Origin: an uncultured Fibrobacterota bacterium
GTDB taxonomy: Bacteria; Fibrobacterota; Chitinivibrionia; Chitinivibrionales; FEN-1185
Assembly: GCA_963729895.1 (NCBI GenBank)
Contig: CAVSQB010000019.1
Span: 160,001-224,000 of the forward strand
Length of the DNA: 64,000 nucleotides
Direction: 5' to 3'
Every line of letters begins with the position of its first letter. Positions within the stretch are counted from its first letter, which is position 1. The notes beneath the pieces were generated by a model, which had not been told where the DNA came from, did not search any database, and saw nothing but the letters and a program-made list of their open reading frames with translations. Positions 20,054 to 28,394 of this stretch are shown one piece after another. A program made the translations under genes and the position numbers.

Positions 20054-20323
20054 GTACAAAAGCCTCTTTCCTTTAGGGGGGATTTCCCGTGGTCCGCTAT
20101 CCGTAAAATAATTACGGCAACTTCAATAACATAGGATTGCATGAATTTCTTGCAGGGTATCAGAGCAATGCGTGCGCGCCTCGCAGACCCGGAGCGCGTT
20201 ATCTGCGATGAAAGTGTTGAATCAGGGAGAGGGAGGAATCCAGGGTGAAACTCTGAACAAAAAGCGGCAGTGCAAAGACTGGAAGCGGTCAAAAAGTGAA
20301 TTGCAGTACCTATTTTTGGAAGG

Positions 20324-21100
20324 CTACTCGGGCCATTCCTTTAGACCGCATCCATCCACGACGCCTTGCCTCTGAAATATTTTGGAGTTTATTTCTCTCA
20401 GGAAGGTGTCATCCCCGCTATTGAAATTTCTACCAAACGCATAAGAAACAATGTCCGCCAGCTGCAAAAGATTCGAGGATTCGGACGGTTCGAAAAGAAT
20501 GCTTTCCACAAAATGAAACGACTTTATGTGAAGTGACTGAGCGTAAAGGGCACTGGCAAAATCCCGATATTCCTTTTCTATTCCCTGGTGCACTGCGTCG
20601 GAAATAATCATGGCTCGCTTATCGGTTGCATCATCCAGAAATAGGTTGGCGCGTTCAATCAAGAATTCCCAACTCCTGTTTTTGGGAAGATTCTTATAGT
20701 CGACATGGGTTGTGCGTATTTTGGTCTTGTCAATGGCGACACATAAGATTGTAATTTCCAAATTATTAATCTGTCGGTAAAAATCCAGAAGTATTGCGTT
20801 CCGGTCTTCACGTCTGTGAAAAGTAGCGCCAAACCAGTTCGTCCTGCTTTTCCTCTCGCCATTTGAATTATAGAAAAGTTCTTTGCCGCTCCTAATCGCC
20901 GTCGCATGGAGTTCAACTGCTTTTGGAACATGATACCGTTGCTTGAAAGATTTTATTGCTGCATCTATTCGGGTCCATTTCCAATCATGAATGATTATAC
21001 CTACTCGAATAAAGAACCGTGTTGGTGTAGCATTGGGAGTGTATGTATTGTTCGCGGAAAATCCACAATCCCCTGATTCATCGACGTAAATCAAATGCAT
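20324..21100 (-). CDS. DUF3800 family protein (RNase H-like fold)
   Basis: N-terminal IYVDESGD, ELH, C-terminal SNLLQLADIVSY; GGAGG RBS before ATG 21100. Confidence 0.8.
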   Translation of the reverse strand: MHLIYVDESGDCGFSANNTYTPNATPTRFFIRVGIIIHDWKWTRIDAAIKSFKQRYHVPKAVELHATAIRSGKELFYNSNGERKSRTNWFGATFHRREDRNAILLDFYRQINNLEITILCVAIDKTKIRTTHVDYKNLPKNRSWEFLIERANLFLDDATDKRAMIISDAVHQGIEKEYRDFASALYAQSLHIKSFHFVESILFEPSESSNLLQLADIVSYAFGRNFNSGDDTFLREINSKIFQRQGVVDGCGLKEWPE

Positions 21101-21114
21101 TTGCCTCCCCCGCA

Positions 21115-21225
21115 ATAAAAAGCGACCGAGTGAAGTAGAAACTTCAGCCAGTCGACAAGCGACTGTCTCGGTCGCACTATGCTTCCCTAGGAAATACGGC
21201 CTGGAAAGACCGTTATTTTCCTGTC
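21115..21225 (-). ncRNA. Candidate structured RNA upstream of the DUF3800 gene
   Basis: Hairpin at 21189-21222, perfectly paired three-way junction at 21122-21175, U-tract at 21117-21121, own promoter. Confidence 0.6.
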
Positions 21226-21231
21226 CATTAA

Positions 21232-21259
21232 ATTATACAATGGTTCCGAGCCGATGCAA
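21232..21259 (-). promoter_or_regulatory. sigma70-type promoter for the RNA/DUF3800 unit
   Basis: TTGCAT-N16-TATAAT on the minus strand. Confidence 0.6.
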
Positions 21260-22285
21260 GCGTTTTTTTTCTTCGTGCGCCGCGCGCTGGGCTTGTTGCG
21301 CTGGCGCTGTTCGCCTTGCCGCCAAGATCGTTTCCCCCCGGTGCCGTGCGGCTTCCGGGACTGATTTGCATAAGAGTTTGGACGTTCTTGAGTGTTTTTC
21401 CATATAAACAGGCTGTTTTCGCTCCATTCGGGCTTTTTCAGCATTTATTTCGATACCTAATTATGCATCATGGTATGCAGGTCTTCTGGCATTGTTCACC
21501 CGCGCGCGCAGATTTCTTTGCCCTTTTTTATGGACCACGAAAACTCCGCGTTCGCGCAGCTATTTTGCGCCGTAAAAAGGTTGCAAGCTGTTACCCTTGT
21601 GCCCTATCCTGCCAGCGGAAACCCCGTTGCAACCAAGGTTTCAATCTCCTCTCCCCCGCGCGCAACCAAGGTTGCAACCTGACCCCTGCGCGCGTGCCCT
21701 GCGGTTTTCTCCCCGCTTTTATGGACTCAAGAAACCTCGGAAAATCACCCAATCCCCACGCGAACGGAACCGGCCTTAGAATCGCGGCGGGCTTGGGCAT
21801 GTCCTAGTAGTGGTCGGGCCTGCCGTTCCGCCGCGCCACACACGCGCGTATCGTGTCGGAAAATTCGGGCCTATGCCCCCCGCTCACACCGCGCAAGCCA
21901 TTTGTTTTCCGTTTGTTCTGCCGGGCCTATGCCCCCCGTCCGCGTTGCCGTCCCGTAAACCCGCGCCACAAGCCCTCAAAGTACGCTGAAACGTGTATTC
22001 TACGGTCACAGAAGCCTGGATCGTGGCCGGGGGTGTACTTGGGGGGATACCTCCGGGCCGATCCGCCTTCAGATACACCTGCCGCCACCCTGTTCCTTTC
22101 GCATTTCAGCTCCCCTGGACTTTCGAAAAACTGAAAAGGTCGATTCTGCCGTTTTATTGCCGTTTCTTTCCAAGGTGGTCGCTCGCTCTTAAAGGCAAGG
22201 CCGCTTGCCGGAACGCCGCCCCTGTCCCGTCAAATCGTTCTTTCTATGGTTGTGCTTTTCTTAATGGCCCGTAGCTGCAATTCAT

Positions 22286-22310
22286 AAGCCGCCCCGGCAA
22301 GGCGGTTTTT
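22286..22310. terminator. Intrinsic terminator-like hairpin
   Basis: GCCGCC-ccggcaa-GGCGGT followed by a T-tract on the + strand. Confidence 0.45.
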
Positions 22311-22324
22311 ATTTGCTGGCCCCT

Positions 22325-22540
22325 TCCTGTCAAAAATGCCTTATTAATTCCTTCTCGATGCACTCCCTCACGAAATCCGAAAAATTTTTCCCGCCCTATC
22401 CGCTTCTCGATCCGCTTCACCATTTCGACGGAGAAACGGATAGGCTTTACCACAGAACCCTTGCTCTCAGGCCCGCCAATTTTGGGCGTTCCGCCCACTC
22501 TCGGCCTTCCGTCGCTGCCGGTGATTGTGCCGCCCTTGCC
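22325..22540 (-). pseudogene. Frameshifted CopG/ribbon-helix-helix-like gene
   Basis: KPIRFSVEMVKRIEKRI continues as NFSDFVRECIEKEL in another frame. Confidence 0.4.
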
Positions 22541-22742
22541 TTATGTGTGGTGATACTCATGGATTTTTTAAAAGTGGTTTTTTATGGAAAAGTGTACCAA
22601 TGAATGTACCAATTTACTGGTACACTGTACCAATTTTCGTGATATTTGATACTATTTTGTAGAGAAGTGAGGCAATGCGGAGAGAATAGAAAAGACCTTT
22701 TAGAACGCTGTTTTCATAGGAAGACGTTGGAAGGGAGAAAAA

Positions 22743-22816
22743 TGCCAGCGCAGAGATTCGAACTCCGGACAAGTGGATTATGATTCCACTGCTCTAACCG
22801 ACTGAGCTACGCTGGC
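22743..22816 (-). tRNA. tRNA-Met (CAT), probably elongator
   Basis: Cloverleaf GCCAGCG...GTGGA-ATCATAA-TCCAC...GTTCGAATC...CGCTGGCA; G1-C72 paired, so not initiator; CCA not encoded. Confidence 0.93.
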
Positions 22817-23122
22817 ATATTCCTGTTGGAAAAGCACACACAAAATTAAGTGACGGTAGGGAGAGTTGTCAATGAGTTAGGACTGGGAATGGTTTCCACC
22901 TGTTTAACCGCCATGGAGAATGCTTTTTCAAATTCTTGCGGATTTAACCAGGTTTTTGTGAAAAAAATGTGGCAAGAAAAAACCCACAGAAGGCAATATT
23001 ACGCTGGACAACAAGGAGCACCTTACCTACCTTTGCGCTTTTGCCGTGCCAATAGGATAACACTTTTCATGAATTCAACTCAAGATTATTGAGAATAGCG
23101 TAAACCTGCCAGCCTTCGTCAA

Positions 23123-23812
23123 TCACCAGGCAAAGTAAATCATCACGGAAATGAGAATCAATGATAGAAGTAATGCAAAGAAGATATTGCCTCTAAGTAA
23201 ATCAGAACTGATTCTATTTGCAATGAGAACATACCCTGTCGTGCCTGGCAGCAGGCAGAGCCAGGACCAAAAAACATAGGGGATAAAGGAGATCCTGGTT
23301 AGCCCAAAAACATAATTCAGAACGACATGAGGGAAGACGGGAATAAGCCGGAGAAAAATCAGGACACGAGTTTCGTGAGCCTTTATAAACATACTATACT
23401 TCTCGTACTTTTCGTGTCCCCTAAGCCACCTTTCCACTCTTTTGCGGGCGAACCTGCGGGCTATCCAAAAGGCAAGTACCGCCGCAAGAAGAGCCCCACT
23501 ACTTGAAATTGCTATGGCGATCACTGGAGAAAAAAGTACGCCCGCGAGGATGGTCATCCCGGTTCCCGGAATCATTGCAAGAGAAGATGCTGCATAACAA
23601 ATGAAGAAAAGAAGATAACCAACATTTCCCTCGCCTTGAATGAATTTTCGAAGCACGAATAACCATCCTGAAAGACCTAATACCTCTGATAATAGAATGA
23701 AAGTCCCCATGAGCACGAGAAAGACATGCCATCGGTTTCGCGTGTTCCCATTATTGTTTGCAATCGCCTTCACACCCATGACCTCCGCGGCATCGGCCCA
23801 ATCATTTTCCAC
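23123..23812 (-). CDS. TVP38/TMEM64 (DedA/VTT) family membrane protein
   Basis: Hydrophobic; IPGT..AGVLF, FLRLIPVFP..LNYVFG, LLPGT. Confidence 0.85.
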   Translation of the reverse strand: MENDWADAAEVMGVKAIANNNGNTRNRWHVFLVLMGTFILLSEVLGLSGWLFVLRKFIQGEGNVGYLLFFICYAASSLAMIPGTGMTILAGVLFSPVIAIAISSSGALLAAVLAFWIARRFARKRVERWLRGHEKYEKYSMFIKAHETRVLIFLRLIPVFPHVVLNYVFGLTRISFIPYVFWSWLCLLPGTTGYVLIANRISSDLLRGNIFFALLLSLILISVMIYFAW

Positions 23813-23852
23813 TCTTATGTATGGGGAATCTCAGTGGTATGAGCATTGGCGG

Positions 23853-23868
23853 CGCAAAATGGATGCCA
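23853..23868 (-). promoter_or_regulatory. sigma54 -24/-12 promoter (DedA-like gene)
   Basis: TGGCAT-CCATT-TTGCG. Confidence 0.6.
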
Positions 23869-23906
23869 TCCACGGATTCGAAGGGGGCAAAGTTATTGGT
23901 AAGTCA

Positions 23907-23922
23907 TGGTACGGTTTTTGCG
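23907..23922 (+). promoter_or_regulatory. sigma54 -24/-12 promoter (secreted helical protein)
   Basis: TGGTAC-GGTTT-TTGCG. Confidence 0.6.
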
Positions 23923-24387
23923 GGTCTTTCTTCGGGCGCTAAAGCTCACTCCGCAAATTGTGATGTGACCGTCAACCTATTCATAGGAGGTTTTCAATGT
24001 TCTTCGCCAGGTTATTTTCCGTTGTTGCAATTTTCATTGCCGGTATTATCGGTTCCGCCTATCCTGCCGAGCAAAAACTGCCGGAAGCGGCGTCCGAACC
24101 CGCCTCCGAAATGTGGGCGCCTGTTGACGAATCAGATTGGGCGGTTTTCATGGACGCTCCCGCTTATCACTTTGATCAAGCTAAGGAATACTTGCAAAAA
24201 GGCGAAACCGCAAAAGCATCTTCCGAATTGAGAATAGGAAACTCATTTTTGACGTACCAGAGGGACCGTATTGCCTTCGCAGCGAAACAGATTGAAGAAC
24301 TATCGAAAGCCGTTGCTGATGGAAAGGAAAAGAACCCTGCAACTGTTGACTCCATTACGGCCACCGCGTTAAAGGTAATAAGTAATA

Positions 24388-26030
24388 CCTAAATCCGTGA
24401 GAAAAACTTTGGCATTTTGATGATTTTTCGTGTAGATTAAGGGTGAATGGTGCTTGACTAAATGGCAGTTCACATTATTCACCCGGAAGGTGTCATGCCA
24501 AAGCCGAGAAAGTTGATAATCACGGAGACGGACGAGTTTCTGACCAGCCATGGTGGAATGGCAATGATCGGGATGCTTGCGGAGCGATCCGGTTTGCGCG
24601 AGCGTGTTTCGCAGGTTACTCCGGACAAGAAGAGCGGGAGTATAAGCACCGCGGACGCGCTGCTGACCATGACGGGGCTTTTGTGTCTTGCCAAACCAGA
24701 CTTTGACGGGGTCGAGCAGTTTCGTGAAGACGACTATTTTCAGGAGATGCTTGGATTGAAAGCGGTTCCTTCCGAGGCTACACTGCGGCAGCGAATGGAC
24801 GAAACGGGCCTGACCGTTCAAAACGCAGTCCTTTCCGCTTCGGCGTCCCTGTTGAAAAAAGCAGCGCCACGGCTCACCGCCTGCTTTGGACCGTATATTC
24901 CGATTGACGCTGACGTATCTCCTTTTGACAACAGTGGTTCTCATAAGGAAGGCGTAAGCTGCACGTACAAGTTGTTCGAGGGATATTCTCCGATGCTTGC
25001 CTACATAGGCGTGGAAGGCTACCTGCTGAACGCGGAGTTGCGCGAAGGGAAACAACATTGCCAGGAAGGAACTCCGGAGTTTCTGCGCAAGACCATAGCC
25101 CTTGCTCGAAAAATAACGGATCGTTCGATCCTTGTGCGTCTTGATGCCGGACATGACGATATTGAAAACATGCGAGTCTGCCGCAAGGAAAAGGTCGATT
25201 ACATAATCAAACGGAACATACGCAGGGAATCTATTGACGAATGGCTCGTGGATGCTCAAGCGCTCGGTGACTGGCGTCATCCTCGTGAAGGCAAGACCGT
25301 GTACGTTGGTGAGACAATACGGGAAAGAAACGGCGAAAACATGCGCGTTGTGTTCGAGGTGATCGAACGGACAATCGACCGCGACGGAAACGCCTTGCTG
25401 CTGCCGGATGTAGAGGTTCACACGTGGTGGACGAGCCTGAGCAGACGCAACGCCGGCCCGGACGACGTTATTGCAGCGTACCGGGATCATGGCACCAGCG
25501 AGCAGTTTCACTCGGAGCTGAAGAGTGATATGGCGCTGGAGCGGCTTCCCAGCGGGAAGTTCACGACCAACGCATTGGTGTTGACGTTGGCGGTTCTTGC
25601 GTTCAACATGCTGCGGCTCTGCGGCCAAGTTGGAATCGACAAGGGGTACGTGCCGCGTAAGAAAGTTGCACGCCGGAGATTGCGGAAGGTCATTCAGGAT
25701 CTTATGTACATAGCAGCACGCGTGATAACGCATGCCCGCCGGTTGATGCTTGCCCTGTCGCGGCGGAATCAACTCCGCATAGCGTGGACGCAAACGTATC
25801 TGGCGTTCGCCACGGATGGCTGACCTAAGGAGAGCAATAAACGGAAATAGACCCGTAACCAAACAAACGTCGCCACCGACACGTTGAGTGTATTTGTCAA
25901 CCATGGGGTCAGAAGCGCAAATCATAGTGGAATCACCCCGGCAACAACTTATCAAGAAGCCTTAGCAACCATATTCGTTCTTGTCAACGCCGTCAATTTG
26001 TTTTTAATAACCTTATCTCACGGAATCAGG
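24388..26030 (+). mobile_element. IS1380-family insertion sequence (1643 bp)
   Basis: IRs CCTAAATCCGTGAGA / TCTCACGGAATCAGG; 5-bp TSD TAATA at 24383-24387 and 26031-26035. Confidence 0.92.
24495..25823 (+). CDS. IS1380-family transposase
   Basis: LTSHGG, PSEATLRQR, IDAD, VRLDAG, YRDHGTSEQFHSELK, LPSGKF. Confidence 0.92.
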   Translation: MPKPRKLIITETDEFLTSHGGMAMIGMLAERSGLRERVSQVTPDKKSGSISTADALLTMTGLLCLAKPDFDGVEQFREDDYFQEMLGLKAVPSEATLRQRMDETGLTVQNAVLSASASLLKKAAPRLTACFGPYIPIDADVSPFDNSGSHKEGVSCTYKLFEGYSPMLAYIGVEGYLLNAELREGKQHCQEGTPEFLRKTIALARKITDRSILVRLDAGHDDIENMRVCRKEKVDYIIKRNIRRESIDEWLVDAQALGDWRHPREGKTVYVGETIRERNGENMRVVFEVIERTIDRDGNALLLPDVEVHTWWTSLSRRNAGPDDVIAAYRDHGTSEQFHSELKSDMALERLPSGKFTTNALVLTLAVLAFNMLRLCGQVGIDKGYVPRKKVARRRLRKVIQDLMYIAARVITHARRLMLALSRRNQLRIAWTQTYLAFATDG

Positions 26031-26920
26031 TAATAAATATGCGATGGTACCGCTGAAAATCGAACCGACCAGAATTTTTGAAGATGCGTACAAATATCAT
26101 TTTGAGAAAGCAAAGTCAAAACTGCAGGAAAACGACCGGGCTGCAGCCGCTTCCGAAATAAGGAAAGCTGCATCCTTCTTGCGGTTGAGGGCGGCCCAGT
26201 TACGGCATGTCGCCAAAGCCGAACTCGATTCCGCCGGAAATGAATTGAGGGAATTAGCGTCAAAAGTCGAATCCGGCACGGTCAAGGACGTAAAGGACCT
26301 GGAGCATGTTTTCCAGAAGGCGATATCAGTTGTGACGAAGAAGACCAAGTAATATTATGAATTGACAATTTATGTCAGCAAATCCGGTCGATGCGAATCA
26401 GATTTAGTTGATTTGGAACAACCCGAATTCAGGGAACAGCGTTAACCAAAAGGCATCAAAATGAAACAAAGCTGTTTGTCCCGCCCAGCCGATAATAGCG
26501 CCCTCGGTGATGACGTTTCGCACAGTGGGTGTCCGGCGCGTAGATAACCGATTATTGGTGAGAGGAGCAAACTATGAGTGGGAGAAATTCCGCAGTTCCT
26601 CTCCCGATGTTACGGGCGAACCGAACTACAACGACCAGTGGCGGTTCTTCCCGTACTACCGTTAACCATGCGGTATGGCTTTCATCGCGCAAGCCATCCG
26701 GGTTCCATTCGATTCAGACAACAAAAATCACATAGAGGCAAGGACTCCGGTCGATGTTGGGCCGCCGGGAGCAGGGACTAATGAAGGAGTGGACTGCGAA
26801 TCGTCATGGCGGCTGCCCCTATCACCCGGTGGGCAGTGCAGACAAAAGTTCGGAAAGCTTATCGTCGCCGGATGTTGGCTTGGTTTCCTTTTTGGTAACC
26901 GCTTCGATCTTATCCCAAAG

Positions 26921-28171
26921 ATGATCGCCATGCGGATCACAATTTTGCTCGCAATGCTGGTTTCTGGATGTGTCCGGATCTGCTGCAGCACCGAAATTGA
27001 ATTGGAATCGTTTGCCAAAAACGCGGACAGCATTCCCATCGGCATCGTTTCCTTCAAGTCCCTTTCATCGACGACGCTCTTGGCAAACAAGCCCGAAGGT
27101 GTCATTGCAAGCGACCTGGAGTTTTCCGGCAGATTCACGGTAGTGCGGAGTGCCGTACCGGACACGGCGCTTTTTGGAAATAACAATGTTCAAATGTATA
27201 TCAACGGCGATTATTCCGTGAACGGGAACGATGTGCAGCTTCATTGTTTTTTGCAAAGTGTGGATGGAAAGCAAATTCTGTTAAACCGAACGTTTGGCGG
27301 CACCCTTCAGACCCTTCGTGCAATGGCGCACCGCTATGGCGACGAATTGGTCCAGAGGTTGTTCGCCGACAAGCCCTTCTTTGAAAGCAAGATCCTTTTC
27401 GTCAAGGACGAGGGACGCAGAAAGAACATTATGATCATGGATTACGACGGATTTGACCGACGTCAGCTTACCTTCTGCGATTGCATGAACATTTTGCCTG
27501 CCTTTGCCGATTCCGCCACCTTTGTCTGGACGTCGTACAGTCGGGGCCAAGCCGGGGTGTACGGGGGAGCACTTGAAGGGGGCGGCCAACATCCTCTTGT
27601 AACAAGCCGCTACGTAGAGACCTCGGCCTGCGTATCGGCGATTACCGGAAGAATCGCCTTCTCCTCCGGACGGCAGGGCAGCATGGAAATTTACACCTGC
27701 AATATGGATGGATCCGCCGTAACACGTCTGACCGGCGATGGTGGGGTCGACATAGCGCCCTGTTGGTCACCCACCAGCGCGCAGATCGCGTTTACTTCGG
27801 ACCGAGACGGCACCCCCCACATTTACGTCATGGACGCCGACGGCTCCAACGAGCGCCGCCTCACCTTTGACGGCGATTACCAGGATACCCCTGCATGGTC
27901 GCCAAAGGGAGACAAGATCGCGTATGCGTCAATGACGCTTGGCGAGTTTGAAATCTGGACGATCCAGGCCGACGGCTCCAACGCCACCCAATTGACCTCC
28001 CCTGGCGGCAGCAAGGAAAACCCGGTGTGGTCGCCAAGCGCATCGTATGTCGCCTTTTCCTGCAAGATCGGGAAGGGCATCGACATTTACGCGATTCGCG
28101 CGGATGGGACACATCTGACAAAAATTACAAACACCGGAAACGCAAAAATGCCTGCCTGGGCGCTTGACTGA
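26921..28171 (+). CDS. tolB: TolB-like periplasmic beta-propeller protein
   Basis: TolB N-domain (IASDLEFSGRF, AHRYGDEL) plus PD40 repeats (PxWSP..IAF); start approximate. Confidence 0.8.
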   Translation: MIAMRITILLAMLVSGCVRICCSTEIELESFAKNADSIPIGIVSFKSLSSTTLLANKPEGVIASDLEFSGRFTVVRSAVPDTALFGNNNVQMYINGDYSVNGNDVQLHCFLQSVDGKQILLNRTFGGTLQTLRAMAHRYGDELVQRLFADKPFFESKILFVKDEGRRKNIMIMDYDGFDRRQLTFCDCMNILPAFADSATFVWTSYSRGQAGVYGGALEGGGQHPLVTSRYVETSACVSAITGRIAFSSGRQGSMEIYTCNMDGSAVTRLTGDGGVDIAPCWSPTSAQIAFTSDRDGTPHIYVMDADGSNERRLTFDGDYQDTPAWSPKGDKIAYASMTLGEFEIWTIQADGSNATQLTSPGGSKENPVWSPSASYVAFSCKIGKGIDIYAIRADGTHLTKITNTGNAKMPAWALD

Positions 28172-28312
28172 ATCATAAATAACGGCCGTGAAGGATTGCC
28201 GCCTGGGAAAGGGACAATTATCACAACACTTGAATTTTCCGGGATCGTGGGCTCCGCCTCGGTTGGCGCCGGGCTACTCGGCTCCCTCACCGGCGGATCG
28301 TGCTGTTAGTGA

Positions 28313-28328
28313 TGGCATGGATGTTGCG
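28313..28328 (+). promoter_or_regulatory. sigma54 -24/-12 promoter (BON operon)
   Basis: TGGCAT-GGATG-TTGCG, ~67 nt upstream of the ATG. Confidence 0.6.
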
Positions 28329-28394
28329 GTTCTTTGAGTTGACATCATCACTCGAATTTATGCGAACATTTCTCATGGGTAAGGAGGACGAAAT

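Larger units (their letters stand above)
4733..22793 (-). mobile_element. tRNA-Met-integrated element (~18 kb), phage-satellite-like
   Basis: Bounded by tRNA 3'-end repeats; carries integrase, excisionase, primase, helicase and defence cargo; no virion or conjugation genes recognised. Confidence 0.9.
23997..26352 (+). pseudogene. Secreted helical-repeat protein (possibly YfdX-like), interrupted by IS1380
   Basis: Removing the IS and one TSD joins 23997-24387 to 26036-26352 in frame (..ALKVISNKYAMVPLK.., 235 aa); signal peptide; two internal repeats. Confidence 0.8.

Noticed and set aside
21187..22134. Short ORFs in the repeat-rich block
   Set aside because: They overlap on both strands, lack convincing RBS or motifs, and coincide with promoter, RNA and repeat features
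22743..22816. tRNA-Ile2 or initiator tRNA call
   Set aside because: G1-C72 is paired, there is no GGG/CCC anticodon stem, and the C4/C5 pattern of E. coli tRNA-Ile2 is absent; elongator Met is preferred but not proven
24369..25955. 528-aa ORF antisense to the IS1380 transposase
   Set aside because: Shadow ORF of a clear transposase; no protein-like features
26881..26896. sigma54 promoter for tolB (TGGTTT-N5-TTGGT)
   Set aside because: Lacks the conserved -12 GC
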